Shown here: positions 51,855-64,000 of the stretch, one piece after another | How positions within the stretch are numbered: position 1 is the stretch's first letter | Layout: each line of letters begins with the position of its first letter | Assembly: GCA_973895155.1 (NCBI GenBank) | Contig: OZ316896.1 | Location: 9,497,525-9,561,524, forward strand | DNA from: Marsupella aquatica | Lineage: Eukaryota; Plantae; Marchantiophyta | DNA length: 64,000 nt | Reading direction: 5' to 3' | Notes under the pieces: generated by a model | Told to the model about the DNA's origin: nothing | What the model saw: only the letters and a program-made list of their open reading frames with translations | Database searches by the model: none | Position numbers and translations under genes: made by a program

Positions 51855-54183
51855 TGCCATGCATGATTGATTTAGGTGCGTTGGGCATGCATTTTGCAGT
51901 ATGCTGTGGGTTACTCTCTTCATCTTCTGAAACATGGTATACCAGGGTGTCCTAGCCTAGTATGCGCGCCATAGGTCATATAGTGACACTTCTGAATGTG
52001 TAGTGGAATGAAAAGCATTCAGCTGTGTGACATAGAAACCCAACGGATACGCAAAAGTATTTCTTATATTTGTATTCCATCAAAAATATTCTATAAAATA
52101 TGAATTACTTCCTGATTCTTGTCTGTACTGGTGTGAATATGGTATCCATTCTCTCTGATGTCTTTGAAACTAATTTCCTTGTGGCATTAGGCGCATATAT
52201 TGCTGACTTAATGTGAATAGTGGTGCCCTGAGATAACGTGATGGTAGCGGGTCTATTACCTTCTTCTATCTGATTACTCCCAATAACAGTGGTCAAATTC
52301 CTATGGGAGAGAGTAATGTGTGTAAAATAATCTCTGTACACTTAAGTATAGTGTGGGACGTGCCGCTATCTACTATACAGGTTCTAATATCATCCAAGGG
52401 TAAGGATTTCTATTGTTATGAAATCATGTGACAAATTTATGACAAATTTTCATGGACCTACCCCTTGGTTTAGAAGTTTTGGATCCCAATCTTGTTTAGG
52501 CAGATCCCTCTATATATGGCTTGAAACAATTTGCACCCATGTGGTATGGGCGGTTCTATTATTTTCTCCTGAAAATAGATTTTATCAGCTCATCCGTTGA
52601 TTCCAACATCTATACCTTGCCCCAAGATTCTCAATTTCTTGTTCTTGCTTTATACGTGGATGACACTATCCCAGCTAGTCCAAGTTCAGCTCTACTGCAT
52701 AAAGTGAAAGATTTATTGAGTCAAAGTTGAAGATGACAGATCTTGGTGAACCCTACCAGGTCTTTGGTATGCAAATTCAGCATAATCAAGCTGAAGGGTG
52801 GCTTGCCATAAATCAATCCACCTCTATAAACAATAAGCTTGGACAATTGAATCTTCTTGAAGATTGAAACTAATTTCCTTGTGGCATTAGGCGCATATAT
52901 TGATGACTTAATGTGAATAGTGGTGCCTTGAGATAACGTGATGGTAGCGAGTCCGTTACCTTCTTCTATTTGATTGCTCCCCATAACAGTGGTCAAATTC
53001 CTATGGGAGAGAGTAATGTACGTGTGTCAAATAATCCATACACAGTATAGAGTGGGACATGCCGCTATCTACTATACAAGTCCTAATATCATCCAAGGGT
53101 AAGGATTTTTATTGTTGTGCAATCATGTGAGTCTCAAGAATGGTCTCATCTTGTGTGTAATCTAGATGCTCATCATGCTCTAGAAATGTGCCATGTGTCT
53201 CCTCAATGTTACTATTCCTATTCTGCTGATATAGTGCTACTAAGTGTGCAGGTATGCGGCATAACTTTTGTGGATATATGCCCCTTGGTGCCGCATCAAA
53301 AACATTCCACGGGCCTGCCTACATGTTGTCGTGAAGAGCTGCCCCGTTGGGCTGGTCTTCCAGGTCTTTTTGTTTCTTCGCGGATGTATGGGAAGCTCGA
53401 TCTTCCACCTCCTTGGCTTCCTCTATTTCCGCGGCCTCTACCTCTCCCCCTGAAGTAGGAAGGTCTTCCGCCTCCAAATGGTCTGCCTCCTCTGAAGGGT
53501 GGTTATCCTCGGCTGTTGCGGCTGAAACCGCCTCGTGGTCCTCCTCAGCTACTAGAAGGCATGCCAAAGTTCATCTTGGTAGGTGGAAGTGATGGTAGGG
53601 TTCCAAGGGGTTGCATCTTGAAAATCTTCAGTAATAACTCCTAATGCCTCGAGTAACATGTGAGCTATGAGTTCGGAGTACTTAGTGAACTTCATGTTCC
53701 TGTACTGTGATGACAATATTATGTTACTATCTGAGTGAAATGTAGAGAGTGTCTTCTCTATTTGCTCTTCATCGTTCACTGGTTGGCCACAGAGGACCAA
53801 TTATTGTTATGTGATCCTACAAAGTTCAATGTTGTAGTTTGCTATGGAGATATGGTCTTGAACTCCAAGGTTAACCCAATCATGTCGGGCTCTGGGTAGG
53901 TGGATAGTCTTAGTGTGGTCAAACCTATCCTTTAATTGTTCCCATAGGTTTCTAGGTTTTCCTCGTTTAGATATTGGAGTTTCAAGGGTTTGGCTAAATG
54001 GTGTTGTATGAATACTAATTAAAGCCTTAGTTTACTTTATGTTGTATTGTGGTCTCTTGGTTAGTGGTGATTGTGTCGTGGATGTCTTTGGATCGATATT
54101 AGGTTGGCCTTTACATCTAGGGATAGATAGTTCTTCCCCTCAATGGTTAAGTAGAGAAAATTTAGTTTTTCTATTGTTGCCAT
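51855..54183 (-). mobile_element. Bianca-like copia copy E: degenerate gag-protease-pre-integrase remnant
   Basis: ATG at 54183 reads MATIEKLNFLYLTIEGKNYL; IEKTLSTFH..SSQYRNMKFTKYSELIAH; RG-rich linker; protease IVDSGTSHT; decayed LWHARLGHPG at ~51940-51975. Confidence 0.85.
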
Positions 54184-55329
54184 GATTCCATGGTTAGGAT
54201 TAGGGCTGCGATTATCATATATGATAAGGTATATAAGGAAATGAAATGATCCTGTTTATTGTTGGGTCTAAATTTTATGCGCTCTTGTTTAATGATGGTT
54301 ATTAGTTATTTGTGATATGATGACCACAAATTTCAATAAAAGAAATGATTATGCATTTTGGAGGTTCGGGCATTTCAGGATTGTGTCATTATCTTAGAGA
54401 TTATGAAGATGAATGATCTCCAATTACCACATGAACATTGACATATTCAATCATGTTCTATGAAGTAAAATCATTTTTTGATTTGTTCATTTGTTGTGCC
54501 TTGCTTTTTGGTGAATATTGAAATTTGTGCTAAATGTATTTTTACTATTGTAGATTTTGCAAAGATGGGAGATGAGAATTAAAATCTGATGATGAAAAAG
54601 ATACAATGTCATTAATGATCCTATGATGCAAGACAGTGAAGGATCTTACATGGAGGAGGACACCCATGATTTTGATGTGTTTGAGAAACACGCAAAAACT
54701 AGGAGTGAAGATGAGTCTAAACCCAAGAGTCATGATATTGCAATGGACAATAGTCACCCCTTTCAAAGCAAAACAAAATTGGAGAATGAGAGTATCAATG
54801 TTGAATGGAATATCACAACACCAAACGTCAAACCTCCTTGTGACGAATGGTCTATCAATGCAAAAGAATTGGAGATATTGATGCTCAAGGTAGAGTTTTG
54901 GAAATTCGCAAAAACTTTATTCACACAAGAGATCCTTAATTAATTATGCTAAGGGCCAAAAGTCTACCTTCTCATTTATGAGCTCCCTTCTATTAGCACT
55001 CATTTGATCAAAACACTCTGCCTTGTTAGAGTCTAAGATTCATCACAACACAGAGGTAGCTAGAGTTTTATTTCAGTTGGATTTATCCTCAAAAGTAAGA
55101 TTACAAAAGAAGAAGATTAGCTCAATAGTGGAATTGAGAAAGTAAAGGCCTATGTCACTCACAAGCTCTAAACGACAACCAAAATGAGTGATGATGTGTT
55201 CAAAAAGGATGCAACAACAATAACTATATCATTAAGCCTCTAGTGGCTTTAGTTGCAATATCAATTGCAAGGATAATATACTTACTTTGGCTTTTGTGAG
55301 CAGTCAAAGAAATGGTTCCCAAAAAACAT

Positions 55330-55960
55330 ATTCCTTATTTTTCAAAGGGTGGTTAGAGTTCCACAATCACTAAAACTTTCTCCTTCTCTATTTCAATGTC
55401 GCATTGTGAAATGACATGATCAAATAGAATGTCTTCTCGCATTCCAATAAAATACTTTTCTTGTTGAAAACAAAGTTGGATTTTTCCTACACTTTTGAAA
55501 AGTTTTTTCAGGGTGTATTAAATGATCAATAACCAAGCCATACATGTAAAAATAATCAATGAATATTTTCATAAAATGCTTAGGTATTCTTGGAATATAA
55601 TCATCATTAATTATGCAATGGAATGTACTTTGGCTCAGCTTGGGGCATTATAATCCAAACAAAATCATCATGAATGCATAAGTATTGCAACTTGTCATCA
55701 AGGTATTCTTATCTTTATCTTCTTTTTGAATAAAAACTTGATTGTAACTAAATTATATATCTAAAAAACTGTACAACTCATGTAAGATAACAAGGTCAAG
55801 CATCATGTCAATGAAGGGAAGAGGATAATTATGATCCTTCCTCATGGCTACATTCACTTTTTTGAGGTCTTGACAAACACACATTTTAGTTTTATCATTT
55901 GGTCCTAGCTTTTTGAGGATTATGCAAATTATGAAGACACCACTCACTACTGAAGACAAT
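55330..55960 (-). pseudogene. Ty3/gypsy (Tat/Athila-like) reverse transcriptase remnant
   Basis: DLKKVNVAMRKD.YPLPFIDMMLDLV..HELYSFLD followed by a decayed YNQV and a YxDD-like region. Confidence 0.8.
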
Positions 55961-57379
55961 AATAATGATTACTATGATGAACAATCAACTTTTAATACTA
56001 AGAACAAATTGATTATTGTATACAGATCAATTAATTAATTTCAATAACTAATTTATTCAATTATTAATTTTTTATCTTGTTAAAATTAATAGTAATTAAA
56101 ACAATTATTGTTTGTTTTGTATACTTCTCATTATCCCTCTCATTCTTTGTCGTTTGCAATATGATACTATTTCTTAATTACTTTAATTATTTTTGGTTAA
56201 AGTGTTTTTTGACGCTCATCCAAATTCACAAGGCATATTTACAAAAAGTTTAAAACCAACACATTCAGGCTTGTGACAAAAAGTACAATGTGAACAAAAG
56301 CCTTTTCATTGGGGTGTGTTGGTCTTTAGAAAACAAATTCAGAAAATATCTATATACAAAAAGGGAAAATTGAATTCGAAATGAACTTGTTATAGATTTA
56401 TAACAAAAGAAATAAATTTTAATATGAAATAAAATTATTAATAGACTAATGTATAAAGATGAATAGATATGTATATTGAGACAATTCTTAATTACACTTT
56501 TCAAGTTAATAAGAAAGCTATTCAAATTCGACTCTAATTATTGAAAGCAAACAACCAAACAAAAAGAATATTGTTCTACTAGTTAATAATAGACATAAAA
56601 TGAATATTATTATACTTTATGTTATACTTTACCCGTTACGTCACCGGGTTACTTCCTAACCCTAGTTAGGATCTATGTAACCCTGATCATTATCACACCT
56701 ATATATAAAGCCACCCGAGGGAGAAGGGGTAACAGTTGGAGTTTTATCTTCGAACACGTTATCAGCACGAGCCTCTCCAAGGCTGAGCAAGGAGGCTATG
56801 AATTTTTTTTTGAAGGGCTATGGCGAATTGAGAAAAGAAGCGATCGAACAGACCCTGAAACAAAAATAATAGAAAGAAATCGCGCGAGGAAAGAGAAAAG
56901 AGAAAGAGGCGAAGGACACAACAAGCAATGAAATTCATAAGGATCGATATGAATAAGAGAGAGAATCCATAAGGACATTAAAGAGGACCCTGAAAAGGCG
57001 CAACCAAATGAAGCCCCAACCAAATTAGTAAGGATCGGGGCATAAGATGATCGGGGCAAGAATCGAGAGTCAAGAAGAAATTGAGGATTTCATAAGGACA
57101 CAGCAGAACTGAAGAAACAAAAGAGAAAAGATCATTCAATAAGGACTATGGATCACTAAATCTGAGGAAAATAGAACGAGTGAAGACGAGAGCATTGATC
57201 CGTTTTTCAAATTCGTTTTTGGAGAAAATAATAGACCAGATCGGAGACGCGATCGGAGAAAATAATAGCAGACCACGCGATTGATGAGATACAGCCTCAG
57301 ACTCAAAAAATGATCGGGAAACCAAAAAGCACACTTTGGAAAACTTTTGCCAGGGAAAACCAAAAAGCACACTTTACGG

Positions 57380-58843
57380 TCTTCCGACTCGGTATTCGAT
57401 CACGTAAGGAACAAGTTGTAATGGATTGAGGGTTTTAACAAATTTTGAGTGGTTTAAAGAGCTTGGACTCAAAGCTCTATGGTCTCACAAAAATGCAAAT
57501 TAACATAAATGAGTCAACTAACAAAACACAAAAGTATGCTTTCGGGGTATGAAGAGAGAGGCTGACATATGTCAAGGTTCATTCCCTTCATCATTCTATA
57601 AGTGAGGACTTAAGATGGAGAACCCATCGCTTCTTTCTGGCTCGGAATGGCTACTAGAGAGTCATATTAAAATGTCGTCAACATGCATTTCCTTTCCTCA
57701 AGGCTCGGGGGCCTGAATCCAAGGGGTGTCCCATATCACCCTTGAAGTTTTGGGGGAATAAACACCCTAAAAGTTAAGTCAATAAAGTTTTTTTTAGGAA
57801 TTTTTTTACCCCTAACTTAATGGAATATTCCAAGAATATTCTCATATTTGATAATAAAAACCCCATGATTCTTATAATCCTCAAAATTGGATTAAAATAA
57901 TCCTAATATTCTTAAACAAAAATTTAAAAGTATTTCACTAAACTCAATAAAAAACCCTATACTTATTCATGCGTGATGGGTCGGAAGAAAAGAAGTAAGG
58001 ACCCCGGGTCCTCAAGGGCGGTACTTGGAAATGGCTAATTATAGACTACTACTTCGACATCCTTGCGGTACTAAAAGAGATGAATGTCTGCATCATCATT
58101 CACAAACAGAATCCAAAGTCTAGGTGCATCGAGAAATCTTAGCATCCCATGCTCAAGCAATTCCCTATCACCATAGCTTAACTCCAAAAGTTCAAAGACG
58201 AGGTCAAGTCACCGACATGACAGAATCTGTCGACTCGGGTCTTCAAAACATGAGTATTACAAGGTTTTACTTTGAAGGTGTGGTGAAACAAACATCAACA
58301 CCAAAGAAGGGAAGAAGACTCCTTAATACAACCTCGGCCATAGCCTAAACTTCACTTAGCTCTAGGCTATTCCTAAGCTAACAAGGGACAAAGTTTGCCA
58401 GAGCAAACTTGCGGGTAACTTCTCCTTTCCTCCTCTCGGAACAAAGGAAGAACTTCAACCCCAACAAAGGAAAAACATCTAACCTATATAGTGGTAGAGA
58501 CCAGAGTGAAAGGTCTTCCTTATTTGGAGGGTGAAAGGGCATACCCTTTCATGCCTCAAACCTAAACTAAAACTAGCTAAAATGGTTTTTAACAAGAGAA
58601 AACAAAAATGTACTATCTAAGTTTGGTGAAGTTTGTTACCCCGGGAAAAATACTTCATGAAGTCCAAGTGAGCTCTTGACAAAGTTGTGGGTCCATTTGA
58701 GGTCTGTAAGGTTTTCCTGTATGAGGGTTAAGTTGCTCATTGATTCATTAAGCTCGTCCAACCCACTAAGTTTCCTAGTAAAAGGAATCAATAATGCAAG
58801 ATGTGGTAATAGTTTTGGCATTTTGGGGTAAGCTCTCTTATCA
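57380..58843. mobile_element. Foreign, probably LTR-derived segment inside copy D
   Basis: Non-Bianca sequence ending CTCTCTTATCA, an LTR-like terminus, exactly where the Bianca RPLGSKDTQPR coding resumes. The left boundary is approximate. Confidence 0.5.
57704..58008. mobile_element. ~305-bp MITE, third family member
   Basis: Highly similar to 47466-47771; flanked by (T)CCTCAAGG on both sides. Confidence 0.92.
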
Positions 58844-61719
58844 TAGACGTCCATTGGGATCTAAAGATACCCAACCAAGACAAAGAAAAACTATAACCAC
58901 AATAATATCATCTGCAATACCAGAAGTGATACCCACACAAAACCTTGTGGAAATCCCAAAAAATGAAGAAATCTCAATTCACTACATGAATATTGGGACC
59001 ATCTGAAATAGAAATAATATTCCTATGGACGACAACTTTGCCTACCATATTTCCCCAAATATCACAAATACACAACCTGACCCCAAAACAATCAAAGCGA
59101 CACAGACAAGCCTAGATTAGTCAGAATGGGAAAAGGCAATTAACTCAAAATTGGATTCACTGATTAAACAACAAGTGTTTGGACCCATCGTCCCAGCACC
59201 ACAAGATACCCACTTAACAGACTATAAGTGGACATTCGTTAAAAAGAGAAACGCACAAGGCCAAGTTGCAAGATACAAAGCACGCCTTGTCACGAAAGGA
59301 TACACACAAATACTTGGATGAGACTTTGACTTGACATACACACCAGTGATGGATGCAATAACCTATCAATACCTAGTTGGATTCTCCCTAGGTCATCGAC
59401 TACAAATGCATCAAATGGATGTTGTAACAACATACTTATATGGATTACTGGATACTACCATATATATGAAAGCATCCCTAGAGTTAATAAAGAGACATAC
59501 ATATCACATTCAGGGGGAGCGTAAAACACCATGGAGTGGACCTATTGTCCTCCATAAGAGTGGACCTATTGTCCCTCCAACACACAAATCCATACCTCTG
59601 GCCAAGGATGGATACGCTGTCCAAATAATGAGATCATTATACGGACTAAAGCAAAGCGAAAGAATGTGGTATCAGAGATTTAGAGTCAAAATGTTAAATA
59701 TGGGTTTTACCAACAAGGACATTGCTCCTTGTTTATTCATTAAAAAACATGATGACAAATTTCTAATAATCGCCATCTATGTAGACGACATAAACCTATT
59801 TGGACACTTAAACCTATTATAAAACACCATTAAGATCCTAAACCGTGTATTTGAGATGAAAGACTTAGGCCAAACTCACTACTGTTTGGGCCTACAGTTT
59901 GAACATCTATCTAATGACATACTTTTACATTAGAGCACATATACCACCAAAATCCTCAAACAATTCAACATGGACAAGGCGCATCCCATAACTTCTCCTA
60001 TGGAAGTACGATCTCTAGACAGAGACAAGGATGCATTCAGAAAGAGAAATGAAAATGAACCATTACTTGGTCTTGAAAAACCATACTTATCAGCAATAGG
60101 AACACTCATGTTTCTAGCCAACCAGACACGACCAGACATTTCTTTTGCAGTAAACCAACTAGCCAGACATAGTGCACAACCTACTATACGCCACTGGAAC
60201 GACATAAAGAGAATAATGCGTTATCTTTAAGAAACTATTGATATGGGATTATATTTCCTTAATAACACTAATAAGACATTAATAGGTTATGCGAACGTTG
60301 GATATTTATCAGACCCAGACGATGCTAAATCATAGACCGGTTACGTATTTTTATATGGTGACAGTCATTTCCTGGAAAAGCACTAAACAAACACTAACAT
60401 GCACTTCATCTAACCACGCTGAGATTATTGCATTATATGAAGCCAACAGAGAATGTATTTGGCTAAGAAGAGTAATCAACCATATTAATACAAACTGCGG
60501 CTTACCAGCACTAATCAAGCCTACTACACTATTCGAAGACAATCAAGCATGTGTTGAACAGGTCTTGAAAGGATTCATCAAAGGAGACCGCATCAAGCAT
60601 ATCGCACCGAAATTCTTCTTTACCCACGAACAACAAGGCGACACGATACAAGTGAAGACGATCGCGAGCAAAGACAACCATGCAAATTTATTCACAAAAG
60701 CCTTGACTCCAGCACTACATGCTACTCATTGTCAAGGCATAGGCTTACGTAGACTATCAAAACTCAGAGATTAAAAATTAATACTTTACTCTAGATAGTC
60801 ATAAACTACTGTACTCTTATTTGTAAAGGTGGTTGTACTCTTTCCCTCGCACTAGTATGAGAGGGTTTTAATGAGGCAACACCTACATAAGACCAAAGTA
60901 CAAAATTTGAAATTTTTATTGGAGAACTTAACTAGTATAGAGTTGCTTGCATTACTCCATAATACAATCAAGGGGGAGTGTTATACTATACCCGTTACGC
61001 CACCGGGTTACTTCCTAACCCTAGTTAGGACCCATGTAACCCTGATCATTATCACACCTATATATAAAGTCACCTGAGGGAGAAGGGGTACTAGTTGGAG
61101 TTTTATCTTCGAACACTTTATAATATGATAAAAAACTTTAATTGTATAATTATCAAGAAATTATGCTAACTTTTATTACATATATATTATAAAACTAATT
61201 TAACAAATATAAAAATTGTATTACGTAATATATTTTAATAATATTTATTATATATAAATTACATATATTACTTTTATGAAATAATAGTTATAGAATATAT
61301 ATTCCAAAATTATTCACTTTCCTTTAGTTTAGAAAAATACTATGAAATATATTCATTCATGTTTCTAATAATTCAAAAGAATTCTTATTTAAAATAATTA
61401 AAAATAAATATATAGATAAAAATGTTGAAAATTTTAAGAAAGAAAGAAATTTAATTAAAAATAAATTTTTATTATTAAATTTTTATTTTAATATAATTAT
61501 TTCATATCCAATTATTACATTTATTTTAATGAATTAAATAATTCATTTTGAACAAAATGGTTTTTGGACAATAAAGGAGATTGAGATATTAAGATATTGT
61601 ATATTGGACGACTGAATAAATAAAGGGTACTAAAATTCTCTTCTATCTCATTTATGGATTAGATATTCTAGTTTTGATTGAGATGAAGTTGCTAATTGAG
61701 AGAACAATCATTTATGAGC

Positions 61720-62184
61720 GCATGGAGGAAGAACGTAACTTGCAATCTAAAACTCATTTTTTTGACTCACTTGTAGATTAGATGCTCTAATTCCTATTGA
61801 GATGGACTTGCTAATTGAAAGAAAGTAATTTCTAGCACATGGAGTAAAAACCTAGCTTGCAATGTAGATGAGCTCAATTGGAGGCATTGGAAGAAAATAG
61901 AGACTTACTTGCTTTGCAAAACACATTGATCCAACAAATGAAGAGAAAATATGCTATATATGATAAAAATCTTAAGCCTATCAAGTTGAAGGATGTGATT
62001 TGACACTAATCTACATGATGCTCGGTACATGCTATTCCTAGGTAAACTCCATACCCATTGGATAGGTTCCTACAAGGTTATTAGAGTTTGGCAAAATGGG
62101 TTTGTATCACTTGCAATTTTGGATGGAACACCCTTAGACACAATCAATCCGGCAAGAGTTAAGTCTTGCCTCTTACCACCTTAA
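61720..62184 (+). pseudogene. Ty3/gypsy integrase C-terminus remnant
   Basis: GKLHTHWIGSYKVIRVWQNGFVSLAILDGTPLDTINPARVKS matches the GPY/F module. Confidence 0.8.
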
Positions 62185-62209
62185 AGCTTGTGAGGACACG
62201 GTGCAATTT

Positions 62210-63000
62210 GGGGGGAGACCTATGTGATATAGTGGTTATTTTGAGGAGTATAAAGCATTAAAAACTTGAAATTTTAAAGATTTCTCAGACTTTAAGGGAG
62301 TCTTTTATGTTATTAAACAAATTCCTAAGATCACATGAGTTTAAGGGGTCCAAAAAGCTAGGCGGCTTTGATGTTCTTAAGGGAGATGTCAAGGAAGTCC
62401 CAAAGCAGATGACACCAAGGAGGACAGGTCAATGACGACAAAGATGCCAAAATTAACTAAGAGATAGTCATCTTTGACATCCCTTTGTTCAGACGTCAAG
62501 GATGTCATGACCTGAACGCCCCAGCACGGAGACGACAACAAGAAAGAGGCCGGCCAAAAATTACAAGGCGTCTTTGACCTTCCCTATGTAAGGACGTTCA
62601 CCCCCATGGGAATGACGGCCCCGACGGTAGAAAGGTGACATCTTTGACATTACTTTTGTAAGGATGTCCAGGAAGTTCCCTCCCTTAAGCACCTGACAAT
62701 TTGACAACCCCGCGCGACGGCCTGAAGAGTTTTGCGTGATGTCTTTGATGTTCCTCAAGAAAGAACGTCTTGTACATCAACTTTTTCATGACCTAATAAC
62801 GATCGAGACGGCGGAATGATATTTTACTGCAAGATTAACTATGAAGCTTGGTGACGGCCGACAATGGAGACGCGAGCTTCAACCTTTAGTTCTTCTCGAT
62901 CTATGTGAGCACCGTTTGCATTTGCTTTTCTTCCTAGCTATAGGAATGCAGTTGCTTAGAGATAGTTTGGTCTGACAAAATCTAAACCAAAATTGATAAG
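62210..63000 (+). mobile_element. PPT and start of a gypsy 3' LTR (TGTGAT at 62223); right end not determined
   Basis: GGGGGGAG tract 26 bp after the integrase stop, followed within a few bases by TG. Confidence 0.5.
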
Positions 63001-64000
63001 CTTATGAGAGATATTGAGTTACAGAAGTTCTCTGATTTATTGAAGTTAGAAGACTATTGAGGTGTGAGCTTCATCTGATGAATTATACTACCTTATTAAC
63101 TGTTCATCTTTTTACTCCATTCTTTCTTTAGAAAAAGTGCACCTGCCATAGGACATTGCAACTCTATTCCCAATTGACATTTTTTAGCCATTCACAAGAA
63201 GGAAATCATTAAGCTTTCTCTGATTTTCTAAATTTCTGAAGAGCTATAGCTGCCGGAGTTTTGCCAATTAGTAAATGCATCAGAATAGTCGTGCCTTCTA
63301 ATCCTAAAACTTACTTTCAGCTACTTGGCAACTTAGTAGAGATGAGCTTGAGTCATTTACTTTTTCTTCAATGGGCCAATGTGGCTCGTTGATTGCTCAC
63401 TTTCTTAATGCACCGAGAGCTTAGGTGGAGGTGATACAGTCGTCGATCGACAACGTGATTTCGTCTGGTTCTCCTCAATCTGCTGACATTGATTTCAAGA
63501 TGCCATTGTAAGTTTCTTGTAATCTTGGAGCAAGGATTCTACTTTGCCAATGCACCCTCTGAATCTTAAAAACGTGGTTCACATCCTCACAGTTTTAGCT
63601 ACTTTGAAACATTTTGTACTGAATGAGAAGATAATATATGGACTTCTAGATATCCATATAGAAATGTGCCTGTGGCATTTAAGATCCAGTTGACGAGAGG
63701 AATTTTTCTATGGTGTGGGGTTGGCCTTCTGGTCCTTTCACTTGGACTGTGTAGACGTCCCTTGTCTCCTTGGCCCTCTGGAGTACTCATGAAATGTGGA
63801 CGGGTCCGGGTAGCATGCCATATAATGGAACTACTCCTGTCTTAAATTGAAGGGTAGGTTTTCGGTAGTTTCAGCAAACTCAACTTTACGGGTACTTGGG
63901 TACTTCTAAAGTTCGGGAAATTCCTAGGGGCACTAGAATTCATTTCCCTAAATTAAATGTCAGCCTACGCTGATTACTCTGATTTGAAGTAAATGCAAGA

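Larger units (their letters stand above)
56620..61115 (+). mobile_element. Bianca-like copia copy D: both LTRs present, gag/PR/INT deleted
   Basis: 137-bp LTRs at 56620-56756 and 60979-61115 (8 mismatches by eye). Perfect TSD CTTTA. PBS CGTTATCAGCACGA at 56757; PPT AAGGGGGAG. RT/RNaseH at 58844-60774. Confidence 0.96.

Noticed and set aside
63050-64000. Gag-like coding remnant on the minus strand
   Set aside because: No recognisable motif and many stops; a call cannot be supported.

Overview
Eukaryotic, almost certainly land-plant, repeat-rich genomic DNA with no prokaryotic features. About three quarters of it is transposable elements. There are five Bianca-type Ty1/copia copies: two have both LTRs, two are cut by nesting and one is a gag-PR remnant. 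There is also a degenerate ~7.9 kb Helitron, a second copia lineage, Ty3/gypsy RT and integrase remnants, a long-TIR MULE with a 9-bp TSD, MULE transposase relics and a ~300-bp TIR MITE family in three copies. Bases 1-18,962 read as a stack of nested insertions. The innermost is probably a young LTR element carrying an intact 762+ aa coiled-coil ORF just upstream of its PPT. The 33-38 kb interval holds the only host-like spliced coding sequence. It includes a minus-strand gene that appears to join an MLKL/HeLo/MCAfunc-like four-helix N-terminus to a Tubby/LURP/DUF6593-like beta-barrel, and this is the most interesting lead. All domain calls are by eye from motifs; no searches were run.
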